The position numbers were made by a program, and so were the translations under genes. From Desulfatiglandales bacterium (lineage in GTDB: Bacteria; Desulfobacterota; DSM-4660; Desulfatiglandales; Desulfatiglandaceae), in assembly GCA_963662465.1 (NCBI GenBank), contig OY759599.1:128001-192000 (forward strand): a stretch of DNA of 64,000 nt, read 5' to 3'. The number at the start of each line of letters is the position of its first letter. Within the stretch, counting starts at the first letter, position 1. This document shows, piece by piece, positions 8,955 through 18,604 of this stretch. A model generated the notes under the pieces. The model worked only from the letters and a program-made list of their open reading frames with translations. It had not been told where the DNA came from and made no database searches.

Positions 8955-10837
8955 ATACGTTTGAGCTTATTTCGGACCTGAAGATTGGGCACATCGTTGA
9001 GGTGTCCGGAACTACCATTCGGGTAGAGTTATCAGGAGATGTCACGGAGCTCACCCGAACCTATGAGGGGAGAGTTTATCCCATCGGACAGATCGGTAGC
9101 ATCGTAAAAGTCCATTTTGGAAGACGCTTGGTCTTCGGTTTCGTGACGCTGCTAAGAATGAGGTCTGAGGAGCTTCTTGAGATTACAGAGCCCATTCCAC
9201 CCGATGCCGATCAGCGGCTCATGGAAGTCGAATTGTTTGCGGAAGGTATCTGGAACGCAGCAGACCAAAAACTCCGGTTCGTTCGAGGTGTGACGACCTA
9301 TCCGCTTCCCCGTCAAAGCGTGCATCTGCTCACTCGCGAGGAGACTACCCATATATACTCAGCGGCTGAGGGGCAGCAGAATGACGGCGAATATAGCCCG
9401 CTCGTTCCATTCGCTCATTACGTTGGAGCAGACAATGCCTTATGTCGGGCAAACGTAGATAAAATGCTGGGCATGCATTGCGCGGTTCTAGGTTCAACGG
9501 GTTCAGGAAAGTCTGGTGCGGTTGCTGCTTTGCTTCATAGCATGCTGGATCACACCCCTGAACCGGCCGCAGTCTGTCACCCGAGAATCCTCATCATTGA
9601 TCCTCATGGGGAATACGGCCACGCGTTCAAGGAACGTGCGATCGTTTATCGTGCTTACGACCCACTTGGAAACGAAGAGACGACCGGCTCTCCGATAAGC
9701 CTCCCCTATTGGCTCATGTCGGCGGACGAGATCAGGACCTTAGTGATTGGAAAAACTGAACAGGAAGCTACATCACAGAACAACATCATCTACAAGGCCA
9801 TCACCTATGCCCGAATGGTTGCCGCTGACCTTGTTGAGCCTTCCCCGACCGCACATGGCGGAGCGGCCCCTACCGATGGCTTAGACCATGATGCACCACG
9901 GCCAAAGGCAGGAGTTACGTTCGAACAGCTGATTGAGTTCGATCACGACAAGCCGCGACCGTTCAGCCTCCAGGAGTTTTACAACCACATTTTCTATTTG
10001 CAGGCAGCGCGCGTGCAGGGAGGCGCGCTTCAGAGCGTTACGGCTTCTGAATTCGCCTCAAAATTCAAATCCATCTTGGACAAGCTCTCAGTCTTGAGGC
10101 GTGATCCACGGATCCGTTTCATGATGCGGGAATGGAATGATCAGAGCCCTTCACTTGAGCATATTATCGCCCAGTTGGTCGGACAGATCCAAGGTGAGGG
10201 AGGCGTAGATCAAGACATTCGTATTTTGGATATTTCTGGTCTTCCAAATGAAGTGGCCGGTCCACTTGCTGCCATGTTGGCTCGTCTGTTGTTTCAGTAT
10301 AAGGTTTACCAGACAACGGAGGAAAGACGACGCGATCCAGTCGTCTTCGTGTGTGAAGAAGCTCACCGATATGTCCCCGACAGAGGCGAGGCCGAGTATG
10401 CAGCGGCTCAAACCGCAATCCGAAGGATAGCTCGTGAAGGGCGGAAATACGGTATTGGCCTCATGCTCGTGAGTCAGCGCCCCGCCGATATAGAGAGCAC
10501 TGTGATTTCGCAATGTGGCACATGGCTCGTCCTGCGGCTTACAAACGCAGCGGATCAACAGCACGTTTCTCGTTTCTTGCCAGATGGATTGTCAGGCATG
10601 ACGAAAGCACTGCCTAATCTCGCTCAGCAGGAGGCAATCTTCGTTGGCGAAGGCGCTGCGATGCCCGCTCGAGTTCGAATTCGAGATCTCGAAGATGACC
10701 AATTGCCGAAATCGGAGACGGCAAAATTCGCAAAGGGTTGGACCCTTGATCGGCTTACCGAAGCGGAGATTGCAGCAGTCGCTAACCGAATGGCCGGAGA
10801 AGTAATGCACACCCCAGGAGGACAAGAAAGCGTCTAA
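8951..10837 (+). CDS. herA: HerA ATPase/translocase of the Sir2-HerA system
   Basis: N-terminal HAS-barrel-like region, Walker A GSTGSGKS, Walker B VCEEAHRY, REGRKYG, SQRP; ATG at 8951 overlaps the SIR2 stop. Confidence 0.92.
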   Translation: MNTFELISDLKIGHIVEVSGTTIRVELSGDVTELTRTYEGRVYPIGQIGSIVKVHFGRRLVFGFVTLLRMRSEELLEITEPIPPDADQRLMEVELFAEGIWNAADQKLRFVRGVTTYPLPRQSVHLLTREETTHIYSAAEGQQNDGEYSPLVPFAHYVGADNALCRANVDKMLGMHCAVLGSTGSGKSGAVAALLHSMLDHTPEPAAVCHPRILIIDPHGEYGHAFKERAIVYRAYDPLGNEETTGSPISLPYWLMSADEIRTLVIGKTEQEATSQNNIIYKAITYARMVAADLVEPSPTAHGGAAPTDGLDHDAPRPKAGVTFEQLIEFDHDKPRPFSLQEFYNHIFYLQAARVQGGALQSVTASEFASKFKSILDKLSVLRRDPRIRFMMREWNDQSPSLEHIIAQLVGQIQGEGGVDQDIRILDISGLPNEVAGPLAAMLARLLFQYKVYQTTEERRRDPVVFVCEEAHRYVPDRGEAEYAAAQTAIRRIAREGRKYGIGLMLVSQRPADIESTVISQCGTWLVLRLTNAADQQHVSRFLPDGLSGMTKALPNLAQQEAIFVGEGAAMPARVRIRDLEDDQLPKSETAKFAKGWTLDRLTEAEIAAVANRMAGEVMHTPGGQESV

Positions 10838-10884
10838 ACCATTTGATCTGAGTGCCCTTCGAGTTGGGTGGGAATCAGAGATGG

Positions 10885-10940
10885 GCCGAACGAATAAGGA
10901 CAGAGTGTGCGAAGCCACAATCTTATCCGTTTGGTTGGAC
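10885..10940 (+). repeat. attC site 2 (degenerate arms)
   Basis: GCCGAAC...GTTGGAC with imperfect internal dyad (ATAAGGA/TCTTAT, GTG/CAC). Confidence 0.6.
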
Positions 10941-11285
10941 AAGTCCAAAATCGGCACATAACTTGCAATTATCAAATATCTTTTTGAGGGCGATTATTGT
11001 AAAAACAACCTGGTATATGAAGCGGTTAGATGGGATTTGTAGGACTGTACGAATTTATCCATTGCGCTTAATTCTATACTGTTTTTGGATAAATTGCAAA
11101 TTCTTCTTAATGATTTTCATTATGCACTCTGGCTCATGTGCAGATACTGTGTGAGTGGCATTTTGCCATCCCGCTTTCAGCGAGAAGCCTGGAAAGCACC
11201 AAGGGAACGGTGGACGAGGGCGTTCCCAAAAGGACGTTTTTTCAAACTGAGAATTGTTGTTTTTCTTCTGCCGCGTAGCGGCTTC

Positions 11286-11345
11286 GTCCAACAATTTGCT
11301 GCACGGGAGCGCAAAAAGCCGCGCCCTGTGAGCAACACGTTCAAC
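11286..11345 (+). repeat. attC site 3
   Basis: GTCCAAC-N5-GCTGCACG...TGTGAGC-N5-GTTCAAC, extrahelical G, central GC hairpin. Confidence 0.85.
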
Positions 11346-11890
11346 AATTATTATCCTATTCATAAACCGGTATCGTGTCCGATAAATTGTTGATACAGAA
11401 TCTAAGCATGAGTGGTGTTAATTCCTTTTTATCTCCGATCTAGCGAATACTGATGTATGAGCTCATTTATCAAAATGATGGCACGGGGCTCTTTTAGTTC
11501 CTCATGTGCCCACAAACCCATTTCTATCGCAAAGCATGTGACAACGGTTTCTTTGACATCGAATTTTGTGATATCTGAACAGGGCTATATCAATTCCCCG
11601 TGGAAGGAAAAGCGGAAAGTTTAAATGAAAAACATTGGCTTCACGGATCCAGATTGGAGTTGTTTGCTGAGGGATTATTAGGAATCTTGACTGTGAAGTT
11701 ATTCGAAAAATCCTTTCCTGGAAGCTGATATATTCTGTGGCGAGCAGGAAACCTGAGCGCAGCGCACGGACTTTCGGGAGATTGTCCAACAGAACCCTGT
11801 GCCGTTCTTCAAAAACACAAGGATATTGACTCCGGTTGAAAGGTTCTCTTACGTAATTCCTGCAAAAAAATGGGGATCACTGTTCCACAG

Positions 11891-12163
11891 TCACGCACAT
11901 TGCACAAATTCAATGGCATCATCGATCAGCTTGATCGTCTCTTTGTCTGAATCCTCGTTTTCAGAAAACCACCTCCTGTAATCGTTTAGAGCGTCAAGGA
12001 TAATCCCTGCATGATCTGAGATAGAATTGTTATCCGCGGCATTCCTTTTTGCCTTCTCGCAATCGACGGTGTTGCCCAGAGGTTCAGTCATCCTGTGCTG
12101 GACAAGGTCAAATCCTGCGTTTTTGCCTTCGACTGCTTTTTGTTCTTTTCTGAGTTCTGTCAT
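11891..12163 (-). CDS. small hypothetical protein
   Basis: GGAGG RBS before ATG at 12163; 90 aa. Confidence 0.55.
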   Translation of the reverse strand: MTELRKEQKAVEGKNAGFDLVQHRMTEPLGNTVDCEKAKRNAADNNSISDHAGIILDALNDYRRWFSENEDSDKETIKLIDDAIEFVQCA

Positions 12164-12245
12164 ATATATCAACCTCCAGGGACAATTCCCTTTTTGAGTA
12201 AGGGGAATTTTGCCCCTCAAGTGAGGTCTCGGCTTTTGCGCGGCC

Positions 12246-12614
12246 TTATCTCAGTTCTTCAATCGGCCCAATATCCACCGGCTCTTCCTGGATGGCAATG
12301 TTTGTGGCCTCTGCTCCTTCAGGTCCTTCTGCGACCTCCACCTTGAACAGGTTTACTGTCTGGCCGCGCTTGTTGGTTGTTTTTCCTCCAAAAGTTATCC
12401 TCACCTTTTGGCCTATCTTAACATATTTCATCCTGTCGTCTAAAACCGCAGTGCCCCAGACAAAAAACATACCGGCCTTTGTCTCGAGATAGTATCTGGC
12501 GCTTAAGCCCGATATTTCATCTTTAGGTTCTCTACTGACGAGCACTCCTGTTATCTGCTCATTTTCTTTTTCAGGTTTCCAAACGCCTGGTTCTATGGTC
12601 TTCCATTCATCCAT
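12246..12614 (-). CDS. putative OB-fold single-stranded DNA-binding protein (virus/plasmid type)
   Basis: W-x-P...ITGVLV...YYLET...FVWGTAVLD...GQKVRITF beta-rich pattern with acidic tail; GAGGTG RBS. Confidence 0.55.
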   Translation of the reverse strand: MDEWKTIEPGVWKPEKENEQITGVLVSREPKDEISGLSARYYLETKAGMFFVWGTAVLDDRMKYVKIGQKVRITFGGKTTNKRGQTVNLFKVEVAEGPEGAEATNIAIQEEPVDIGPIEELR

Positions 12615-12744
12615 TTTTTTCACCTCTAATTCTGTCAACCGAGGAATTTCTCCTCTATGGGCCAGCGAAAACAGTCAGATTTATTAAATCTTTCCTTTGC
12701 GAGACCCTGCATAATGACATGGCGCGGGAACCGGACGGATGGGA

Positions 12745-13905
12745 TTACATGGTTTTACGTTCGAGTTTAAGGAGCCCTTTCTCTGTTTTTATGAGACCGG
12801 TGATTTTCCTTTCCAGGTCTCTAATATCTTGTATCATCCCGGAAAGATCCTTCAAAAGGACCCGGGCCTTTGCAAGATAAGGCGTTGATTCATAGGGATA
12901 ACCCGCCTGCATCTTTTCCATGGCGGCTTCGAGAAAACGGTTGAAGGCTTGCAGGTGCTGTTCCAGCCGCGATTCGGTTCCCATTACCCTTTGTTCAAGG
13001 TTGATTTTTTCTTCCTCCCGTGAAATTTCCGCTTGAAGCACATACCGCTCTTTTCCAGAAAGCTTGGTCAACCGGTCTTTGAGCTCTTTCAATTGGTTCA
13101 TGTCTAATGTTTCCAAACGCCTGAACACTTCTTTGAGATGTACAAGTTCATTTTTGAACAGGGTTTCTTTGCTGGAAATTGTTTTCAGGGTTCGAACGAT
13201 TGTTTCACGGGCCTCTCTGGGAAGACTGTTTCTATTATTTTCCACGGCTTTTTGGATCTCTCCCAATTCCGAGGCAATGTCATCCACCGTGTGAAGCTGT
13301 ATTTCAGTTGATTTTCCGGCTTCCTTAAAAACCATTTTTTTCTCCCGATCTTCGACGTCAATTTCTTGTTCTACCTTCGCTCTGAAGGGATTTGTAATGT
13401 TGCGAACGGTCAATCCGCGAGGCCTGTGGAATTGGAAGATTTTGTAAAGGCTTACAATAAAGAGGATGAGGAGTCCCAGATTGACCAACCCGAGATTACG
13501 CTCGCCGAGGTTGTAATATACTTCCGGGAATTTGAACCATGACAGGATATAGAAAAGAATATAGGTCAGGTGAAATGCTTTTGCCGCAGCCATGCCAAAG
13601 CCCCTGCACAGACCGAAGGGTACAGTGGCCGCCATAAAAACCAGCAAGATGGTTCCCAGCATTCCCCAGCCTTCGAAGATGTTGGCGATACGCTCCCGCA
13701 TCATGAAAACGCCCACCGTGAGCATGAGCCCCACAGAGATGATCAGAGGCCTGACGTAGGGTTTTGTGAAATGCTTTCTGAGGGTAATGCCGGCAATGGA
13801 TATGAAAAAGACCAACAGGACGGTGAAATAGATCCATTCGGTATACCTGGCGAGGATCTCACTGGGTTTGAGGATGTCCAGCGGGAAAAGCGTGGGGGAA
13901 GGCAT
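12745..13905 (-). CDS. membrane protein (about 5 TM) with long coiled-coil C-terminus
   Basis: Hydrophobic segments in the first ~155 aa, then a charged heptad-like region. Confidence 0.75.
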   Translation of the reverse strand: MPSPTLFPLDILKPSEILARYTEWIYFTVLLVFFISIAGITLRKHFTKPYVRPLIISVGLMLTVGVFMMRERIANIFEGWGMLGTILLVFMAATVPFGLCRGFGMAAAKAFHLTYILFYILSWFKFPEVYYNLGERNLGLVNLGLLILFIVSLYKIFQFHRPRGLTVRNITNPFRAKVEQEIDVEDREKKMVFKEAGKSTEIQLHTVDDIASELGEIQKAVENNRNSLPREARETIVRTLKTISSKETLFKNELVHLKEVFRRLETLDMNQLKELKDRLTKLSGKERYVLQAEISREEEKINLEQRVMGTESRLEQHLQAFNRFLEAAMEKMQAGYPYESTPYLAKARVLLKDLSGMIQDIRDLERKITGLIKTEKGLLKLERKTM

Positions 13906-13993
13906 AGTTGGAGGGATGTGTGGCCGGATTTAAATATTTTGCGGTGTTCTGATGGAAATAAGGCCCGTGTCTATCGTGGGTTTGGTGGCAATA

Positions 13994-14434
13994 TCAGTGG
14001 ACTTGTTGCTGTAGGATCTCGACTAACGCCTCCGAGGAATCTGCAATTCTGCTGCAAGAACACTCAATCATCGCGTTGACTATCGAGTTTTCAGTCTCCC
14101 CGGCGTTTCTGAAATCGGTCCTGATCCCAATGATGGGCAGCTTATTTAAGTGTTTACAATAGAAATACCCGATTTCCCAAGCCGTACCATCATCGACCTG
14201 TGGACCGTCCAGGACACAGACAAGGACATCCACCTCATCGAGGTACGACCTGCATATTTCAAATATCTTTTGTTTCCCCTGGGAATTCGCTTCGTCATGC
14301 GGGATGAGATCGTAAGGCCAAATGACGGTTATGTCCTTTGAGATTTCTTCAAGTTTTCTCTTAATACCGGCAAGCCAGGCCCGTTCGCATTCAGAGAATA
14401 AAGGTCCTGCAAGATATATTTTCATTTGGAGCAC
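13994..14434 (-). CDS. nucleoside 2-deoxyribosyltransferase-family protein
   Basis: KIYLAGPLFS-x-x-ER, DGPQVDDGTAWEIGY, NAMI motifs. Confidence 0.88.
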   Translation of the reverse strand: MLQMKIYLAGPLFSECERAWLAGIKRKLEEISKDITVIWPYDLIPHDEANSQGKQKIFEICRSYLDEVDVLVCVLDGPQVDDGTAWEIGYFYCKHLNKLPIIGIRTDFRNAGETENSIVNAMIECSCSRIADSSEALVEILQQQVH

Positions 14435-14640
14435 GCTCCTTTTTGAAAAGCCTTTTCCAGAAAAATTCCGTGACCCAAAAAATTTATCAAATAGATAAAT
14501 ATAGATGCCGATGCAAGAATCACCACGAGAAAGATTGCATAGGCCGTCAGCAGTATTGTCAGGATAACCTTATCAGGATGTCTAAGTGATCACTTTCGGT
14601 AAAGAGTGAATTCATCGGCGATTTTTTTGGGTCTCTTATA

Positions 14641-14783
14641 ATATTGATGGTCCCGTAAAAAGTCCCCAAGCCCGCCACCCTCGCGAAAGCGGGGGTCCAT
14701 AAGCCCCTGACTTTCCTGGATTCCCGCTTTCGCGGGAATGACTAAAACGGACGATTTTTGACTTTTTACGACTGCATCAATAT
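14641..14783. mobile_element. MITE-like repeat containing a REP-like hairpin
   Basis: Imperfect terminal IR ATATTGATGgtccCGTAAAAAGTC / GACTTTTTACGactgCATCAATAT; internal ATTCCCGC-TTTC-GCGGGAAT. Confidence 0.75.
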
Positions 14784-15148
14784 CCAACCATTTTCGGCCG
14801 CCGAATTCTCAGCTTTCCGGGCGTTGCCACACCGATACAACCTGCCAACCTCTCCAGCATACCTGATTTCAAAACTTCCTGAATCAATTGTTTCATTTGG
14901 GGGATTCCTTCACCCTCAGGTCTCAGGAGTAATACGCCGTAATGGGTTCCCGGTGGGTGTTTTCGAATATTAGCAAATCCTTTATCACCCGTAATAAGGA
15001 AGCGTTCTTCCTTTTGAGCGATTTCCCAGAGTTGCGGATCCAGAGCTCCAGAAATTCCTTCTTCCAGGACGGATGCTGTATCCGGAAAAACCTCGCGCAC
15101 AAGCTCGACAACGGCTTTGGGCAAATCTTCGTCTATTTTTATCTTCAT
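14777..15148 (-). CDS. DUF5615 PIN-like toxin (VapC45-like)
   Basis: MKIKIDEDLP, D-x-x-LW-x-x-A, LITGDKGF, GVLLLR. Confidence 0.85.
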   Translation of the reverse strand: MKIKIDEDLPKAVVELVREVFPDTASVLEEGISGALDPQLWEIAQKEERFLITGDKGFANIRKHPPGTHYGVLLLRPEGEGIPQMKQLIQEVLKSGMLERLAGCIGVATPGKLRIRRPKMVGY

Positions 15149-15150
15149 CG

Positions 15151-15387
15151 TTAACTGGCCATGGCATAGACGGATTCCTGAGACACCGATTCAGAAGCGT
15201 ACATTAAAGCCGCTGAAACATCATCGTTAGTGAGTTGAGGATATTCTTTCAATACATCCTCCCTATTCAATCCCTGAGCCAGGCTTCCAACAATCACACT
15301 GACGGGAATGCGGGTTCCCTTGATACAAGGCTCCCCCCCTCTGAGATCAGGATGAGAAATGATCTTTTCCAAAAAAACCTGTTTCAT
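15151..15387 (-). CDS. DUF433 antitoxin (VapB45-like)
   Basis: GGEPCIKGTRIPVSVI...EYPQLT-x-x-DV-x-AAL-x-YA. Confidence 0.9.
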   Translation of the reverse strand: MKQVFLEKIISHPDLRGGEPCIKGTRIPVSVIVGSLAQGLNREDVLKEYPQLTNDDVSAALMYASESVSQESVYAMAS

Positions 15388-15766
15388 AACGTCCCCTCCA
15401 AAATTTCATTTATGCTCACGCAAAGTCTTTATACGTCCATGGCAAAAATGCTTTGGCCACTTTTTCAATCAACGCATAAACGCGATCAATATTCTCAGAA
15501 GTTCTATGAATTCGTCCAGTTCCATACTCTGGCACGATTACTTTGAAAACCGTACCGGTCCCCATAGATTCTGAGCAAGGCAATAATGTCAAGAAGCCAA
15601 CCTCTCAAGGGATATTTCAAGCAAGATTAGAAATCAAGGAAAAAACTTAATCGACTTACTGGCGCAGACTTATTTGCAGTAAAATCTTTTGATTCAGTAC
15701 CAATCTCTCATCTGAGCATCGAGCATTTTGATGCTGATTGCGGGAATTTGAGGTACGTGGGAAGAT

Positions 15767-16013
15767 TTCCTGTGGAAACGGATTTTAGCATTTGTGGTAT
15801 GCTTTTTCAACTTTTCCGGTTATCACCAATCAGGGACGACGTTTATAAACATCATCACCATTATATATATTTTACAATATTGTAAATAAATATATATATA
15901 ATAACATTACTTTTTTACCTGCTGAAGTTCCACAGGACATTTACCCCTCCAGCTCGGTTGCCACTTTGAAATGGTCATTAACATTTAAATACTGCCTCTG
16001 TTTCATGTGGAAG
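15767..16013. promoter_or_regulatory. candidate archaeal-type origin/operator: inverted ORB-like boxes flanking an AT-rich tract
   Basis: TTCCTGTGGAAACG (+, 15767-15780); CTTCCACATGAAACAGAGG (-, 15995-16013); GTTCCACAGGAC (15927-15938); nearly pure A/T tract ~15860-15916. Confidence 0.6.
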
Positions 16014-16016
16014 TAG

Positions 16017-17273
16017 ATGAAGGAAATGTCCGATGGAAATTTTTTGAAGCCGGATAGTACTGAATCACTAATCGAATCTCTCCATGCCACTCAGAGGAAG
16101 AGAACCTTGGTCATCAACCCTGATTATCTTGATGACGAAAAACTGCCGGAAGATGAAAGGGCAGCCGTTCTAAAAGAAATCTTTAATCGTAACATCCGTG
16201 AAAAACAACTGAGTAGAATCATTTCCCATCTCGCACCGGTCCTGGATGGTATTCACCCGAATTCTGCCTTGATCTTCGGACCAACCGGCGCCGGAAAAAC
16301 AGTTACTTTGATGCACGTACTTTCCACCTTTGAATGGGTCGCTGAAACCAAGGGAGTCATGTTCCGCTATTCGTATATTGATTTGACCTCCCCAAAAACC
16401 TACTTTGGCGCCTTAAATGAGGTCGCTATTTCTCTTGATAGCGCATGCAAAAAATACCGTAAAGGTATTCCAATTGAGTACATGCAGGCGCAAATAGTGG
16501 AGTCGCTCGGAAATTATGACGGTTACCTCAGTCTACTCATCGATGAGGCTGACAACATCCGGCCTAACTCCGACGGCTTTCTCACATTTCTTGCAAAAAC
16601 ACTTCCCCGGAAAGTCTCTTGCAGATTGATTCTTGTTCTCCTGACCAATCGGCTTGACTGGGAGAAAACCCTTGACCCCAGGATTCTGAGTTTTTTCAAA
16701 AAAACCGATATGATCTTTGAACCCTATGACGCCCTTGATCTCCTTGAAATCCTGAAACTCAGGGTTGAGAAAGCCCTTGATATGACCAAGGTCGATATGG
16801 CTGCGCTCAAAAAGGTGGCTGCTTATGCCTCACGGGAAACCGGAGACGCAAGAAAGGCCGTTGAACTTCTGGCCAAAGCTGTCAAGGTAGCCGAAGAAAG
16901 CACGGGACGGCTCTCGGAAAAAGAAGTCGATATTGCGGCAGACCGACTTGAGATAGACAAGACAGAAGAACTTGTCAAGGCACTTGCGACCCAGCAGCGT
17001 GTAGCCCTGAAGTCCTGTTATGGCGCCTTATCAAATGGCAGCAAAAAGACATATACAGGCCAGGTTTACCGGGTCTATGGGGACGTATGCGGTCGGGAAG
17101 GCCTGCGGCCTCTAACCCAGAGACGTTTCTCTGAGATAATGAGCTTTCTCGATCTTTACGGTCTGATCAATGCCAGAGTCATCTCAAAAGGTCGATACGG
17201 AAACACGCGGGAGATATCAAGTTCTTTGCCGGATGAGGTTGTGGAGCGTTTTCTTTTTTCCAGTATCTATTGA
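16017..17273 (+). CDS. cdc6: Orc1/Cdc6-family replication initiator (AAA+ plus winged helix)
   Basis: Walker A GPTGAGKT, Walker B LLIDEAD, F-x-PY-x-x-x-DL-x-EILKLR, GDARKAVELL, C-terminal LTQRRFSEIMSFLDLYGLINARVISKGRYGNTREI. Confidence 0.9.
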   Translation: MKEMSDGNFLKPDSTESLIESLHATQRKRTLVINPDYLDDEKLPEDERAAVLKEIFNRNIREKQLSRIISHLAPVLDGIHPNSALIFGPTGAGKTVTLMHVLSTFEWVAETKGVMFRYSYIDLTSPKTYFGALNEVAISLDSACKKYRKGIPIEYMQAQIVESLGNYDGYLSLLIDEADNIRPNSDGFLTFLAKTLPRKVSCRLILVLLTNRLDWEKTLDPRILSFFKKTDMIFEPYDALDLLEILKLRVEKALDMTKVDMAALKKVAAYASRETGDARKAVELLAKAVKVAEESTGRLSEKEVDIAADRLEIDKTEELVKALATQQRVALKSCYGALSNGSKKTYTGQVYRVYGDVCGREGLRPLTQRRFSEIMSFLDLYGLINARVISKGRYGNTREISSSLPDEVVERFLFSSIY

Positions 17274-17563
17274 ATTCCGAATTCAGAAAGGAAGGCCAAT
17301 CGTTCCCTTTGGCGGATTTCAATGCAAACAGCCTTCAAAACAGCTTCCTCCCGAATTATAGTATCCTTACAGTCGCCGTTCTCATTTCCCAATCTCCTCA
17401 AATCCATTTCAATTTTTCTTGATAAAATCCGTAGATCTCTTATCCTTTCAATATAGGTGTAAGACAACCTCACCTCCACCACCCGGGGCGGAGCATCAGG
17501 GCGTAGATGACCGTTAATCATCTTTGATCCTGACCCTCGAAGTGAATTTTCTTCCACAATCAT
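17267..17563 (-). CDS. hypothetical protein
   Basis: 98-aa ORF convergent on cdc6; no motif recognised. Confidence 0.4.
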   Translation of the reverse strand: MIVEENSLRGSGSKMINGHLRPDAPPRVVEVRLSYTYIERIRDLRILSRKIEMDLRRLGNENGDCKDTIIREEAVLKAVCIEIRQRERLAFLSEFGIQ

Positions 17564-17806
17564 TGCATTTTCTCAGTCGAACTTTGCCGTCGGCCAATTT
17601 ACGATGCCCTTTCCATATGGTCCGCGTGCTGCGGCAATAGGGGCATTTATACGGTCTTCCCATAAATAATCACCTCGGTCCCTTCAGGATATTCGTTTAT
17701 ATAAAAAGTTTTCGCCTTTGAAGCCTCGCTACATTTCAAGCTGGAGACAGGAACCGAAACATTATTATGTATGAACCTGTCTTCACGTCTCTAAAAGGCC
17801 CGAGAG

Positions 17807-18604
17807 GTGGTATTTGTGCAAAGTGAATTAAGGGGTGCAACGGCCCTGGTGCAAGAAATAAAGGTCAGCAGCCCGCTCGTATCAGCAGTTATTCGAATCC
17901 TAAAGCGTGTCGATGACTTCAAAAAGCTCGCCAAGGAATTCTATTTTGATGTCATTCTATCCGTCCACCAGTGCCCGCGGTGCGGTAGTCGATTAGAAAT
18001 GACCGGAAAAAGCGAATGCTCCTGTGTGTGTGGCAATATCTTTGATCCAACAATTGCCTTTCAGAAATCCGCTTGTTGTGGCAAGCACCTGGTTCGCAAA
18101 TCACAGCATTATATCTGCTCCGGATGTGGAACAAACGTTCCCTCCACATTCCTTTTCGATGAGAAACTGTTTGATAAAGCCTATTTCAGGGAGATGGTAA
18201 AGAAATCCAGATCACGGGCTGCAAAAAGAAGGGAAGAGATGAAAAGGCTTTTGGCAGAGAGCAGATCAGGGGCACTGGTTTTCGCTGATGAGCCCTGCCT
18301 TGAATTCATCCCGGGGCTTATTGAAGATCTGGATGATTTTATTGGAACAGAAAGACTCAGGCCAGGGGATTTCGCTCTGGATACCAACTCAAGTTTCAAA
18401 ATGGACGATTATCGCGAGCACATCCTTCGTATTCTGGGATGCGACAGTCTATTGTTTTCAGATATTGATACCCTTATTAGTGATGCGCGCCGGGACAAAA
18501 TATGGCGATTTGTGACGCTCACGTTCATGCAAAGCGCAAGGGAGGTCATGCTCACCCAGTATGGCAACGATCTCTTAGTGGAGAGGACTTCATATGAAAC
18601 TTAG
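17807..18604 (+). CDS. multi-zinc-ribbon protein with C-terminal wHTH-like region
   Basis: CPRC, CSCVC, CCG, CSGC clusters; overlaps the next gene. Confidence 0.7.
   Translation: MVFVQSELRGATALVQEIKVSSPLVSAVIRILKRVDDFKKLAKEFYFDVILSVHQCPRCGSRLEMTGKSECSCVCGNIFDPTIAFQKSACCGKHLVRKSQHYICSGCGTNVPSTFLFDEKLFDKAYFREMVKKSRSRAAKRREEMKRLLAESRSGALVFADEPCLEFIPGLIEDLDDFIGTERLRPGDFALDTNSSFKMDDYREHILRILGCDSLLFSDIDTLISDARRDKIWRFVTLTFMQSAREVMLTQYGNDLLVERTSYET

Larger units (their letters stand above)
6629..11345 (+). mobile_element. integron-type gene cassette array, no integrase in window (CALIN-like), three cassettes
   Basis: Each cassette starts at a GTT core whose exact complement is the R'' of its own attC: GTTAGGC 6628 / GCCTAAC 7680; GTTCGGC 7742 / GCCGAAC 10885; GTTGGAC 10934 / GTCCAAC 11286. 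Confidence 0.85.

Noticed and set aside
6677..10837. HNH + Sir2 + HerA as one three-gene system
   Set aside because: An attC separates HNH from Sir2-HerA, indicating independent cassettes.
11346..11800. Fourth cassette after attC3
   Set aside because: No downstream GTTGAAC R'' or complete attC found; GTCCAAC near 11785 lacks the dyad.
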